Shown piece by piece: positions 26,574-42,346 of a DNA stretch of 64,000 nucleotides. Every line of letters begins with the position of its first letter. The first letter of the stretch is position 1. Position numbers and translations under genes: made by a program. The notes beneath the pieces were generated by a model, which had not been told where the DNA came from, ran no database searches, and saw only the letters and a list, made by a program, of their open reading frames with translations. Origin of the DNA: Eledone cirrhosa (Eukaryota); NCBI GenBank assembly GCA_964016885.1, contig OZ024747.1, positions 54,932,001 through 54,996,000 of the forward strand. Direction: 5' to 3'.

Positions 26574-26949
26574 TATCGCACATATATATATATGTATGTA
26601 TGCATAATTGTATGTATGCAAGTGTGTATGTAAGTATGTATGTACGTATGTATGTATGTATGTGACTATGTATATGATGCGTCCGATATTTCGTTGTACA
26701 GAGCACATGAATTACGCTATATATATGTGTATGGATGTGTGTGTGTATATATATATATATATATACAAACATATACATAGAGATAGAGAGAGATCATGAT
26801 AGGGGTTGTGGCGTAGTCTTGTTGCATCAATTATTTCCCTTGTCTAATCCCTTTCTTTGTTTTTCATTTGGAAACGCTTGGTATAACCATGTCTAAAAGG
26901 CTAGGATGGCGAATTACTATGGTGACGATGCCATGCTTGAAACGCAGCT

Positions 26950-27560
26950 GAGGTTTTAACCATCATGGACAATCACGTCAGTAAACTGGGGCTATTTCCT
27001 GTTAGCATACACCATGTGCTTATGTAAATAAAATGAAACTTGAGTGGAAAACGAAGATGGACGTCGATTTAACTGCGATGGTAAACATGTAGAATATAAA
27101 AAAGGTTTCCTCAAATACCATCATAGATACCTGGATAAAATAACAATAATCAACAAGATGGTTGCACTGGGTAATTTTAATAGCCATGGGGGAAGAGATT
27201 TCCATCATGACACCATACATTTAGAGGCTCTCGTAAATGAAGTCTCACCTTCAACAGACAACGTTTATTTGAAATATGCATCAAATACAATCTGATTATG
27301 ACAACCATATTTTCCATTTCCTGAAAAGTAGTTTTATACCTGAGGCCACCTACGATCGCACAAAGGCAGCTGTTGCATTACTGAAACACATGTACATTAA
27401 CCTGGTGCATTCGGCGAAATACCTAGGTTCCGTTGCTGAACAAGATAAGATCGCAAGCTTTGGAAATGTTGGCCGCATTCCGATAGTTTTGCCATTGAAC
27501 CTGCAGCGATGTAGACTTACTCATTCTCATCACCTCCTTACTTTCTACTCTTGGGTCAGA
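26950..27560 (+). pseudogene. Degraded RTE-like AP-endonuclease domain
   Basis: KKGF...LDKITIINKMVALGNFNSHGGRD resembles (L)LGDFNA.VG.D. CIKYNLIMTTIF..T*GHLRS resembles C..HNL.ITNT.F...TW.HPRS. Frameshifted. Confidence 0.5.
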
Positions 27561-27924
27561 GTTGATTCCTTGCAAGTATGTGAGCTACGAAAGTTTGAAT
27601 GGCTATTTCAACGTCTCTCACTAGCTATCATCTGTGGTAACGTTTCCTTCGTTCTGACCACTGAGAACACGTGATTGTTTGCGTCTCGGTTTCAACATAC
27701 TAGAGCGAGTTTTCCTACATTGCTCGGGAGTTTGTCATTGCAAAGTTGTAGGTTGTTGATATCTACGACATTGGGTGACACACACAGATACAACTACTGG
27801 TGTTTTAGAAGTTGGGAATATCATGTTTATAACATATCTATATTACAATATATTCTTTATCAACTTCTTCAACAAGTTTTTTTAATCACTTTAGTAAGTT
27901 TTGTTTTGAAATGATATAATAACT

Positions 27925-28098
27925 GTTTCTACTTGTGGCACAAGGCCAGCAATTATCCCAGTGCATTACTGGTACTATATTTTATAGACCTCGTAAGGAT
28001 GAAAGGCAAAGTTAACCTCGGCGGGATTTGAACTCAGAACGTAAAGGGCCATAACTCTATGCTTTAAAGCATGGTGTCTGACGCACTACCGATACTAT
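27925..28098 (-). mobile_element. Nin-domain tRNA SINE
   Basis: Plus strand GGATGAAAGGCAAAGTTAACCTCGGCGGGATTTGAACTCAGAACG. Matches 9283-9460. Confidence 0.8.
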
Positions 28099-28829
28099 AA
28101 CGTAATTATATTTGGTTACTAGCTTAGATGGAGTGTATCAGGAGACTGGCCGCTTCACTTATCACGTATTAATATGTATCACATAAAATTTGTCTGTGAG
28201 ACTGAAGTATTTGAAATTTGGTACAATCGCACCAGATAAACTGAAATGCAACAAACACGTGCAGTGAATGTTACCCGAGACTGAACTAATCGATACTACA
28301 TTAATTGATGATTGCTAACTTGGCTCATTGATGACCTTGCCAACTTCGTCTACTTTTTTATTAGTAATGATGTCTAATTTAGGCTCAAGGCCAGCAATAT
28401 TGGAGAAGTTGTAAAACGACTCAAATGGTATATTATTTTGTAACGACCCAACTGGTAGATTATCAACGCCGCACGGATGAAAGACACACGTGATATCAAC
28501 AGGATTTACACAAGCAGTAGAGGTAATGGCAATAATTTGTCAGACATCCTAACAAGATGGTTAACTAACAGCCCTTCTACTTAAAATCAATAATATTGTC
28601 TCTACTATAAGGAGAAGGCCGGAAATTCGTTTAATCTAATACAAGATTTCCCTGACCATGTTGTATATATATTCTCGTTGGTTAGCCACCATTCTTGAAA
28701 ACCCAAGTCACTTTGTAGAATGTTGTTTCCATATGTGATATCCAGTTCTCTGCACAAGTTTTAAAAGGATGCCAGGAAAGCGAAGAAATACCGATGATGG
28801 TTGGAAGATCTCTGATGAAGGACCACTTA

Positions 28830-28895
<66 letters not shown>

Positions 28896-28909
28896 ACACA
28901 CACACACAC

Positions 28910-29041
<132 letters not shown>

Positions 29042-29341
29042 GGTAGAAACATAATTGTAGTATGCTTATATACATTTTTTCTTCTAACTTTGATTTTATA
29101 CCTAATTGTGTATGGTTGACGATATATTTAATTGATTTACACGTGCTATTAGAAATGCTGGCTAAATATTCTATAGTTGTTGATCGCGAATAGATAGTAG
29201 TAGTTTATTTATCTATTATTTCTTCATAGGTGCCTTTTAATCTTATAGCCTTGTTTAATTGTTTTTTTGTGTGGTTGATTATGCTGATTGGGAGAGGAGA
29301 TGGTGTATATATTTTATCAAATGATTCTATGGACATACTTT

Positions 29342-29381
<40 letters not shown>

Positions 29382-29695
29382 CGTGGAGGGGGGTATTTGT
29401 GTGCGTGCGTGTATGTGTCTGTGTGTGTTGGTATTAGTGTGCGTGCGTGTATGTGGGTATGTATGTGTATGTGTGTGTGATGTGTGAGTGAGTGTTCTTA
29501 CTGTCTTCACTCTCAGTTCAAACACCAATGAGGACTGTTTTTTTTCCTTTCAGCATTTCAGATTATAGCAAGATACTACGGGATATTAGCCTTTCCTGGA
29601 TATGTCAGTGTGAAATGAGTGGAATGGTCAAGTTGATTTCATGCCTAACTATAAGTACAGAAAACACGATGCATGCTTCGAAGTCAGATTTAATA

Positions 29696-30101
29696 TTAAG
29701 CGTATGATGTATTATATTGACTTCTTTCTATCATTAACGCACAAGGTATGAAATGTCATGTTAGTGAATTTGTTTCACTGTTCCCGTTTCAAGAAGAGAG
29801 TTACCCTTTAACACACATTGGGCACACTGTTAAGTGTATGATGTATTAAATTGACTTCTTTCTATCATTAACGCACAAGGTATGAAATATCATGTTAGTG
29901 AATTTGTTTCACTGTTCCCGTTTCAAGAAGAGAGTTACCCTTTAACACACATTGGGCACACTGTTAAGTGTATGATGTATTAAATTGACTTCTTTCTATC
30001 ATTAACGCACAAGGTATGAAATATCATGTTAGTGAATGTGTTTCACTGTTCCCATTTCAAGAAGAGAGTTACCCTTTAACACACATTGGGCACAATGTTA
30101 A
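29696..30101. repeat. 134-bp tandem repeat x3
   Basis: Near-identical units start at 29696, 29830 and 29964. Confidence 0.95.
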
Positions 30102-30284
30102 CTCTAAGGATTTAACAGGAGGAGGGTTGGTTATTCAATAGAAAATATACTCCGAAGTTGTCACTCACGCATATACACAAAGATACACACAAACACCAAT
30201 GCACGTAGGTACGTACACATAAACACACGCTCTCATTAGCTTAAGGATATCTATCTATATATCTATATATAATACACACACACT

Positions 30285-30330
<46 letters not shown>

Positions 30331-30490
30331 TACATTTGTATATTCTAACTATTCATCTTTCAGTTTCAATAATTCTCTTGCACACTCACACACAAACACA
30401 CACACACATACAGACCCACACATACACGCACAAACACACACACACATACACACACACGTGCGTACATATATACGATTACACTCATCCTCC

Positions 30491-30523
<33 letters not shown>

Positions 30524-30531
30524 TATGTATG

Positions 30532-30563
<32 letters not shown>

Positions 30564-30637
30564 TATATATATGTGTGTGTCTGTGTGTGTATATATATAT
30601 ATAAATATATATACACATTTATATATGTGTGTGTGTA

Positions 30638-30722
<85 letters not shown>

Positions 30723-30784
30723 ATATATATACATGTATATGTATATTATATATATATATATATACACACTCACACATATATATA

Positions 30785-30889
<105 letters not shown>

Positions 30890-30916
30890 GTGTATATATA
30901 TATATATATATACATA

Positions 30917-30949
<33 letters not shown>

Positions 30950-31261
30950 GGGGAGGATGAGTGTAATCGTAAATGTGTACGCACATGTGTGTGTGTTTGT
31001 GTGTGTATGTGTGGGTCTGTATGTGTTTGTGTGTATGTATATGTATATATAATGTATATATCAACGTATGCATGTATACACCCACTTATCTAACAAAAGG
31101 TGCCACTTAGGTATGCGCAAACGTGTAGCTGGATCAAATATGTTATATAGCTGAATATGCAGATGAAAATTGCATCAAAGCCAATGTTTCAAGCTCTCCC
31201 CTTCTCTTGCTCATACTTTATATCCATCCATACATCTATTTTGTTATATATATATATATAA

Positions 31262-31369
<108 letters not shown>

Positions 31370-31528
31370 CCATATGCACCCATATGCATACATCTATAAC
31401 TTTATCTATATATCAACTATACTTATATATATATACAGATAACTATACATATATATATATATGTATATATCCATATGCATATATCTATAATTTTATCTAT
31501 ATATCAAACTCTACATATATATATATAC

Positions 31529-31652
<124 letters not shown>

Positions 31653-31697
31653 ATATATCCATATGCATACATCTATAATTTTATCTATCTATCTAAC

Positions 31698-31734
<37 letters not shown>

Positions 31735-31735
31735 G

Positions 31736-31801
<66 letters not shown>

Positions 31802-31929
31802 CTAAAACGTATTCATGTTAAGCTGTCTACACGTGCTGCTTCACACATCTCATAGTGAGCTATATATCGATATAGAAAATCACGTCATCGATACACCAAG
31901 GATACAATGATACACATTACAATCACTAC

Positions 31930-33232
31930 CATAGCCCCTCACAACCACCACCATAACCCCCACAACCACCACCACCACCACCATAACCCCCACAACCACC
32001 ACCACAACCACCACAACCACCACCACAACCACCACAACCACCACCATAACCCCCACAACCACCACCACAACCACCACAACCACCACCACAACCACCACAA
32101 CCACCACCATAACCCCCACAACCACCACCACCACCACCATAACCCCCACAACCACCACCACAACCACCACAACCACCACCACAACCACCACAACCACCAC
32201 CACAACCACCACAACCACCACCATAACCCCCACAACCACCACCACAACCACCACAACCACCACCATAACCCCCACAACCACCACCACAACCACCACAACC
32301 ACCACCACAACCACCACCACCACCACCACAACCACCACAACCACCACCACAACCACCACAACCACCACCACAACCACCACAACCACCACCATAACCCCCA
32401 CAACCACCACCACCACCACCATAACCCCCACAACCACCACCACAACCACCACAACCACCACCACAACCACCACAACCACCACCATAACCCCCACAACCAC
32501 CACCACAACCACCACAACCAAGACCACCGCCATCATAGACCCCAAAGCCACTACCACCACCATAACCCCCACAACCACCACCACCACCACCATAACCCCC
32601 ACAACCACCACCACAACCACCACAACCACCACCACAACCACCACAACCACCACCATAACCCCCACAACCACCACCACAACCACCACAACCAAGACCACCG
32701 CCATCATAGACCCCAAAGCCACTACCACCACCATAGCCGCCACAGCCACAACCAGCCACAACCACCACCACCACCACCACCATCATAACCCCCTTACCCA
32801 CCGCAACCACCATAGCCGCGACCACCACCACCAACACCACCCCAACGACCACCACCCCATAGCCCCCACAAGCACCACCACCACCACCATAACCCCAGAA
32901 CCACCACCACAACCACCACCATAACCACCACAACCACTACTACTACAACCGCATAACCACTACCCACACAACCGCCACCACCATAGCAACAACAACCACC
33001 ACCACCACCACCATACCCAACACAACCCAACCACCACCACCACCACAACCACCACAACCACCACAACCACCACCACTACCATAACCACCACCATAACCAC
33101 CACAACCACCACAACCACCACAACCACCACCGCCACCACCAGAACCGCCGCCACCAACCACCACCACCACAACAACCACCACAACCACCACTACCATAAC
33201 CACCACTACCATAACCACCACAACCACCACAA
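31930..33232. repeat. Complex (CCA/CAA)-based minisatellite with higher-order units
   Basis: Recurring CCATAACCCCCACAACCACCACCACAA blocks. A longer block containing AGACCACCGCCATCATAGACCCCAAAGCC is duplicated near 32520 and 32691. Confidence 0.95.
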
Positions 33233-33642
33233 TTTTATCCAACACCACCCAAATACAATAACACAAACAACTCTTAAACGCCCCACATAAATACGATATA
33301 CAATATATACCTTCCAATATAAATACTTCAAATAAAAAAAAGTCTTAATTGTCTCCCCTTATAGACAATCTTAGTTTTTAAAGTGTAACGCATCACAGAT
33401 GCAAAGCTGAACACAAAAGGACAATTAAGATATAAAAATTTTTATTACATGGCTTCAATGGTATCTTTCACTCTTATCCCTAAGTCATACAGTTTCACTA
33501 GATTTTCCACCAGATTCGATTGTGGAGTGTGTATGATAATTACATAATCATAAGAATACTAATAAGCTTAACGTTTAAATGTATAATGTGTGTGTGTGTG
33601 TTTGTACGTTTGTTTCTGTATACATATATATTTATGTGTAGT

Positions 33643-33710
<68 letters not shown>

Positions 33711-33770
33711 TGTGTGTGTATAAAATTATAAATATTAATGCACATGCATCTAATTAGATTGAATACATAC

Positions 33771-33869
<99 letters not shown>

Positions 33870-33904
33870 CGTGTGTGTGTGTGTCTTTATCTCTCTGTCT
33901 GTGG

Positions 33905-33959
<55 letters not shown>

Positions 33960-34442
33960 CACACGCACAAACACCCATACAGTCATACATGAATACGTAC
34001 ATACGTGTCAGCATACATATGTATATGTGCGTATATATATATATATATATGAGTGTATGTGCTATAGTATATATGCTTTTGTGAATATCAAAGCATATGT
34101 GTCCGGTCAATTTTATTAGCTGCAAAACAATAATAACGACCACCTTCCAACACACAAACAACAACAACAACATCATCACAAATAACAACAACAACAATAA
34201 GAAAGACATGATAAAGTCACAACTAAAAGCCTAACCTCATTAAACACTATGAAATGTTTTATAATAGGTCATAAAGTTTTCGACTTAAAAGAAGTTATCC
34301 TCTCATGTTCTACCTAACCCGATTTACATCCAATATCTTTGCGATAAATACCTTCTTTAAGGAACTACAAAAATATCACATGACACCACTACCCTCTCTT
34401 CTGCGCCACTACTCCCACATTTACACAAGAACTAGATATCAC

Positions 34443-34485
<43 letters not shown>

Positions 34486-34569
34486 CATATTTATGTAAAT
34501 TATCACCGTTATCATTCTTGCAAGCAAACAATTACAAGAGTATCAACCAATGCTACGACAACCTAAATT

Positions 34570-34591
34570 ACTACTAATGCTACTGCTAATT

Positions 34592-34645
<54 letters not shown>

Positions 34646-34774
34646 GTACTGCTACTACTACTACTACTACTACTGCTACTACTACTATTACTACTACTAC
34701 TACTACTACTGCTGTTACTGCTACTGCTGCTACTGCTGCTGCTACTACTGATGCCACTACTACTGCTGCTTCTG

Positions 34775-34823
<49 letters not shown>

Positions 34824-34825
34824 CG
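34570..34825. repeat. (CTA/CTG)n microsatellite
   Basis: Directly visible. Confidence 0.95.
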
Positions 34826-35208
34826 TCTCCACCACCACCGCACAAACATGACCACTACTACTACAACTATTTATCCTACTACTTCTACCAACAATGTGAT
34901 GAACGTATCACACCAAGAAGCGTTGCTTGCATTAATGTTACTGTATACCAGTCATAACTCCTGTCAGAAGGAGTAATATTAAATAAAGTAATTTGCTTAA
35001 GAATACCACTGACCGCCCGATAAAGGATTCAACACCATGATCAAGAGTACAAAACACTAACCCCTAAATAAAAAACCACGCCCACAACTATTACTTTCAT
35101 TCAATATTTTCATAACTTTAACATCAGATGTATAACAAAGCAGCAGTATTTATGCGTCCTATACGTAATTGCAGGGTACAGACACGTTCATACATGTTTA
35201 AAATAAAT

Positions 35209-35470
35209 GGCCCCGAACGGTCACTAATGAACATGGTTTTGCACCTAGAATTTTTTTTCCTCCGCGACATAAGCCTCGGCACAGTTTAATTTTGAAAACC
35301 AGCAGTCGCCCATGCATACCAGTTTCCGCTCCCCATATAACGGATGTTGTCCAATGGAAATGCAATGGCCGATAGTGCTTGGCACCCGTGACGTGGTAAC
35401 TCGTTTCTACAGAATCGAACTCACAACCTCAAGATTGCAAGACCATCACTCTAACCACTAAGCCATACTG
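35209..35470 (-). mobile_element. CORE-type SINE with internal deletion
   Basis: Homologous to 897-1234 but lacks the CORE block between TTTCTACAG and AATCGAACTCAC. Confidence 0.75.
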
Positions 35471-35790
35471 GGCATGCGACACATACTTTCTACAATATAC
35501 AAATGTAGTTACACCTGGGATGTAATAATCTATGAGTCGGGCCCTGGGATTTTAGATATTCCGAAAGCCTATAACAGATTAACAATGTCTAAACTAGGAA
35601 AAGACATTGTCAAACCGCAAGGCTTTGCAGCTGTCAGTGGCGGGAAACTAGACTTTAATTTAATCAGCTATGTGTATTACACATATATATTCTTATACAT
35701 AAAAATCAATGTTCATTACAGAGTATTGTGTACGATCATTACCATATGTATATAAATGTCATGTGTTACGTATGTATGTTTACACACATA

Positions 35791-35827
<37 letters not shown>

Positions 35828-35850
35828 ACACATATATATATATATATATA

Positions 35851-36042
35851 TAGGAACAAGTAGGACCCCGCCGGCTGAGCTCAAGCCGTTTTGTCGGCTA
35901 ATTCTGTCCAGAATAAGCCGTCGAAACGGCTTGATCTCAGCCGTCGGGGAGCTACTCGTTCCTATTACCCACTCTACTACCCTAAGTATTGAGTACTTTG
36001 GTGCGTTATGGTCCACCTGGTTCCTTACCGCATTTCCTCCGT

Positions 36043-36043
<1 letters not shown>
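35851..36043. mobile_element. Asymmetric fold-back element (family A), copy 2
   Basis: Short arm 35851-35906 is inverted against the long arm 35907-36043. Embedded in (TA)n. Confidence 0.8.
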
Positions 36044-36073
<30 letters not shown>

Positions 36074-36243
36074 CACCTCTTCTGTTTTGATCAAGGAAAC
36101 TGCTAATTGAATAGGCATCTACGCGGCCGAGTATTTCAAAAACTCGTATATATCGTAGGTGGGGAACAAATATACATATCTCCATAGATACACATTTACG
36201 TACATATGTTTATATGTACGTACCTACTGCGTACATATATACA

Positions 36244-36328
<85 letters not shown>

Positions 36329-36373
36329 ATATATAAATCTGTAGTATATATATATATATATATATATATAAAT

Positions 36374-36774
36374 GATATTAATAAATGGAAACTATATTTA
36401 TTCTATTATATATTTCAAGGGTACCAAAACTTTGGTACGCTCTCATCAGATAAAATACAAAGTTTGTTTTATAAATATTGACATATCCAGGAAGATCTTA
36501 ACGGTTCAAGTTTTTCCTGGAAAAACTTGAACCATTAAAATCTCCTTTCTGGATATGTCAATATTTATAAAACAAACTTTGTATTTTATCTGATGAGAGC
36601 GTACTAAAGTTTTGGTACCCTTGAAATATATATAATAGAATAAATATGGTTTTATAAATATAGTTTCCATATATTAATAACATTGATATTATACTCCAGA
36701 AAACTGTCGAGTGCTTCGAATCAGTTATAAATATATATATTTGTTGAATTACCAACAAATTAAATATCCCTTTT

Positions 36775-36780
<6 letters not shown>
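36374..36780. mobile_element. Family E fold-back with two hammerheads (36399-36457 minus, 36582-36642 plus)
   Basis: Plus copy TATTTTAT-CTGATGA-GAGCGTACTAA(AGTT)TTGGTACCCTT-GAAA-TATATA-TA^-ATAGAATA. Palindrome centre TTCAAGTTTTTCC-T-GGAAAAACTTGAA near 36518. Confidence 0.8.
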
Positions 36781-36827
<47 letters not shown>

Positions 36828-36829
36828 TA

Positions 36830-37245
36830 TGATTAAAAGTTTAACAAGGTTCAATGAATTAATCAATGAATAAAATTTCACAATAGATTAGAAGCACTCT
36901 ACAGTGAGGTTTTCTGGAGTTATTAATATTAGTTCAAAATATTAATAAATATAGGCATTCATGTGATCAAATATATCTAATTATACATATTTCAGAGGTA
37001 CTGAGCTATTTCAACAGTACGTCCTCATCAGATGAAATAAGTTGATGCCTGACATACCTTGATTATGTTGATGGTTATAATTCATTCATGAGTGAATTAT
37101 AACCATCAACATAGTCAAGGTATGTCAGGCATCAACTTATTTTATCTGATGAGGACGTACTGTTGAAATAGCTCAGTACCTCTGAAATATGTATAATTAG
37201 ATATATTTGATCACATGAATGCCTATATTTATTAATATTTTGAAG

Positions 37246-37250
<5 letters not shown>
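36830..37250. mobile_element. Family E-related fold-back with two hammerheads (36974-37039 minus, 37138-37203 plus)
   Basis: Plus copy TATTTTAT-CTGATGA-GGACGTACTG(loop)CAGTACCTCT-GAAA-TATGTA-TA^-ATTAGATA. ~150-bp arms with centre near 37089. Confidence 0.8.
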
Positions 37251-37318
<68 letters not shown>

Positions 37319-38085
37319 GAGGAGTTGACGGACCCAGCATATTTATCAATGCCATGACCGGTTGTATCTCAGCGTACTCAATAGGTAATGTAGGATACAT
37401 TCCCAGAGTATACACATAGTTATTCGCTTCAATACAACACACGTAAAACGGCTGCCTATAGTAGTTCCCGGACTCGAGTTTGGATATATATATATATAGT
37501 TACCCCCGATTGAACCCGGGATAAACTTATATATATATATTCATATAAACATATAGGGTCTATTGAGAAGCTGGTAGCCTCACAGCTCTTGCGCAACTTC
37601 GTTGTATTATAGCTGCAGGCTAGTTGACGAAACTGCAGGTATGGCTCAAAGGTGAAGGAGTTTGTTTGCAGCCATATTGTTGTGGGTTCAATCTCGCTTT
37701 ATGTTACACGGTGCACGATCTTTTACTATATGTATCATTGTTTATGCTGTGGTTGTGCTTATGTCTCATATATTAGCGACGCGACAAAAATAGTGATCCA
37801 TGAATTTCAAAAAAGCTACCAGTGGACACATGATCAACTCAATCATGGCGGCGCTCCAGAATTGTCGCTGACTCGTGAATGAAATCACTAATATACAAAA
37901 TACATCGATAAATGCGCACGTTCCAACCAAGGAATAAGCATAAATCATACAACCACATATAAATGCATATATGCATGAATACATATATACATATATACAT
38001 ACATACATGCATACATATATATATATATATATATATTATAAAAAATAATCAAAGAAGCTTTCAATACATCAAAAGTCTTTATTAG

Positions 38086-38124
38086 CCAACAATGTTTCGT
38101 CCCATTAATAAGGACTCATCAGGG
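38086..38124 (-). ncRNA. Minimal hammerhead with canonical GTCC/GGAC stem II
   Basis: Minus strand CC-CTGATGA-GTCC(TTATTAATG)GGAC-GAAA-CATTG-TT^-GG, then CTAATAAA. Stem I is only 2 bp. Confidence 0.65.
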
Positions 38125-38317
38125 AAAGTAAAGATACAAGAAGCATTAACGGCCAGAACAAGCCAAAACTCAGAAGTTATTTTTTATATTTTTTATAATT
38201 TTTGGGCTCTGTTAGATTACATTGAGCTATATCTTATACTGTCATTTCTATAATACGACGAGTGGGTTTACTCCAACGCACTCTAGTATTTCAATTTATA
38301 TATATATATATATATAT

Positions 38318-38742
<425 letters not shown>

Positions 38743-38836
38743 CGTTTCTGAATTTGTTTAGCAAGATTCTTTATCTGAAATCGTGTGTTGAAACCGATAT
38801 TGTTATACTTTGGGAGAGTCATATGACCCTCCCAAA

Positions 38837-38903
<67 letters not shown>

Positions 38904-39116
38904 TGCATGCATACATACATATATACATACATACATAGAAATATTTTTATATACATGAATACATAAATAAGCATATACATATGTCTAAAAAAAAAGAAAA
39001 GAAAAACAGTTAAACAAGCATACAGATACTCATTCTTAAACTCCACCCGCTAGACTCAGAAAAAATATGAAAACTACTACTACTACTGCTGCTGCTACTA
39101 CTACTACTACTACTGC

Positions 39117-39154
<38 letters not shown>

Positions 39155-39419
39155 GTACATCAACAATGACACAAACAGACCTCAAATAATCGACACAATA
39201 CAAACAAAATATACATAAACTATATAAAAATATATTTTAGTATTTTCTCTTGTGTCTTTGACGTTTGAAATACAGTGGCGACATCTATCAGCCACCTTTT
39301 TAATCAGCATTGATTCTACTGGACCGGAAGTGGAATTGTAGGAAAGACATGACACAGCATAGAGGAGTTCTGAATGTTTCTGGGTTTATGTGGTGGTGAT
39401 TTGGTGGTAGTGGAGGTGG

Positions 39420-39528
<109 letters not shown>

Positions 39529-39559
39529 AGCTGGTTGGTAGTGGTGGAGGTGGTGGAGG

Positions 39560-40290
39560 TGGTGGTGATGGTAGAGACCGTGATGGTGGTGGAGGTGGTG
39601 AAGTCGCCAACCTTCTTAATATGGTGATGTTGGCGCTGGTGATTCTGGTGGTTGTGGCGGCGGTGGTGGTGGTGGTGGAGATGGTGATGGTGGTGGAGGT
39701 GGTGAAGTCGCCAACCTTCTTAATATGGTGATGTTGGCGCTGGTGATTCTGGTGGTTGTGGCGGTGGTGGTGGTGGTGGTGGTGGAGATGGTGATGGTGG
39801 TGGAGGTGGTGAAGTCGCCAACCACCTTAATATGGTGATGTTGGCGCTGGTGATTCTGGTGGTTGTGGCGGCGGTGGTGGTGGTGGTGGAGATGGTGATG
39901 GTGGTGGAGGTGGTGAAGTCGCCAACCTTCTTAATATGGTGATGTTGGCGCTGGTGATTCTGGTGGTTGTGGCGGCGGCGGTGGTGGTGGAGATGGTGAT
40001 GGTGGTGGAGGTGGGGAAGTCGCCAACCACCTTAATATGGTGATGTTGACGCTGGTGATTCTGGTGGTTGTGGCGGCGGGGGTGGTGGTGGTGGTCGAGA
40101 TGGTGATGGTGGTGGAGGTGGTGGTGGTGGTGGAGATTCTGGTGGTTGTGGCGATGGTGGTGGTGGTGGTGAAGATTCTCGACGGTTGTGGCGGCGGATG
40201 TGGTGGAGATGGTGATGGTGGTGGAGGTGGTGAAGTCGCCAACCTTTTTAATACGGTGATGTTGGCGCTGGTGATTCTGGTGGTTGTGGT
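39560..40290. repeat. ~105-bp GGT-rich minisatellite (~6 copies)
   Basis: Recurring GGTGGTGAAGTCGCCAACCTTCTTAATATGGTGATGTTGGCGCTGGTGATTCTGG. Confidence 0.92.
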
Positions 40291-41539
40291 GGTGGTGGTG
40301 GTGGCGTTGTTGGATGCATGTTGGTTCTGTTTTGGGGTTGTAGTGATCTTGACAGTGAGTGTAGCCTTCGTGGTGGCGGTGGTGGCGGTGGTAGTGTTGC
40401 TATTGGTGTTAGTAATATTGGTATTGGTATGTTGCTGGTGTAAGCTGTGGAGATGGTGATAGAGATGGCGGTGACACGGTTTCATAATATGGTGTTGGTG
40501 GATTCATCAGTTGTGTGATAGTGCTTGTGACATGGTGTTGGTGGTGAGGATGGTGGTTCTAACACCGATACACGTGTTGGTGATTGTATTCATGACACTA
40601 CTCTAGCAAGTAGTGGTGATAGTTGTAGTGGTTGTAGTTTTGGTGCTTTACGTTGTTTCGATAGAGGTGGCCATGGTTCTGGTAATGAAATATATATTAT
40701 TAAAGTACTGGTGTTGGTACTGATGGTTGTTGTAGTGCTGGTAGTGGTGGTGTTGTTGGTGGTGGTGGAGGAGGTGATGATAATAGTGATAGTGGTGGCG
40801 GTGACGGTGACAATGGTTGTTGGGTATGAAACTGAAGATGTTAGTGATGACAGTGATGACGGTGGTAGTGTTGGCGAAATTGTAGACGATGATGATGATG
40901 ATGGTGGTCATTATAGTTACAATGGTGTTGGTAGCAGTGACGGCGGCGGAAGGGTGGTGAAGGAGGCCGGAATGTTAGCGTAAATACTACTACGAATGTG
41001 GATGGTGGCGAACGTGGAGTTAATGGAGGCGATGCTGATGGCGAGAATGGCGTTTTTAGTGGTTATATAGTTGCAGTAGAGATAAAGTTTGTGGTGTTGT
41101 TGGTACTAAGTGTTTGGATTGACGAGGCTGATGATGGTGGTGTTGACTTTTTGCATTGACAATGTTAATGGTGGTGGTGAATGTTCTGTTGATAGTGGCG
41201 ATGATGGTGGTAACTGTGGTGTTGACAGGGATGATGGTGGTGGTGACTGTGTTGACAGTGGTGATGGTGGCGTAAGCGGAGATGACGTGGGGTGGTGTTG
41301 ACTCATACAAACGTTATGTGTATGGCAAAATGTAGAAATGTCTTCATGCGTTGATATGCCCCAAGAAGTCGTCTATATATGTTTGTGTTAGTATCACTAT
41401 GGTATGTGTGCGGTTATTAGTATTACTTACATACACACAGATGCACACACAGGCATAGGAACACAGTTAAATACAATACACAGGCACACAGACATACACA
41501 CACATATACATACACGTACAAACAAACGCATGGATAGAC

Positions 41540-41600
<61 letters not shown>

Positions 41601-41681
41601 CACAAAACATACACACACCCAAACTCAAACAGACATACACACACATATACATACACGTACAAACAAACGCATCGATAGACG

Positions 41682-41713
<32 letters not shown>

Positions 41714-42287
41714 CACAAAACATACACACACACAAACTGAAACAGACATACACACATACGAACACACAGGTATACAGGCATACAGACATACACAGACTCA
41801 CCCACACACATACAAACGTGCACACACATAGACATACATATGCAAATAGACACAAAAATACACACACACAGAAAGAAAAAGGGACAGACACATAAAAACA
41901 TACACACCCACACACACATATATATACACACACAAACACAATGAAAGATATACACATACGTGCTCAAACAGATATACAGAGGGACACATACACACACTAC
42001 GCAGTGGAAATATGTGTGTTTATGTGTGCATGTGTGTGTGTGCATGTGTGTGTGTGCATGTGTGTGTGTGCATATGTGTGTGTGCATGTGTGTTTGTGAG
42101 TGTTTTACTCTATCTATATGTTAGGATTTTGTGTAATATATATTTATGAGAAATTATGTATGCCTCTGATATTCCATGCGTGAGAGTATATATGTAAATA
42201 TATTCATATAGTTTAAGACTCAGTGTGTGTATGAGTTAGTGTGAGCGTTTGTATGTTTGTGTGTGTGTGTGAGTGCGTGTGTGTGTA

Positions 42288-42346
<59 letters not shown>

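Noticed and set aside
28808-28832. CTGATGA at 28812 (also minus-strand matches near 42833 and 49815)
   Set aside because: No downstream GAAA with closing stems II, III and I.
29696-30101. 134-bp tandem repeat as a second retrozyme
   Set aside because: No CTGANGA core on either strand.
31880-33317. Gly/Cys/Tyr-rich (keratin-associated or chorion-like) and His/Asn-rich ORFs
   Set aside because: Open in several frames on both strands, no signal peptide or splice context, and fully explained by a CCA/CAA minisatellite.
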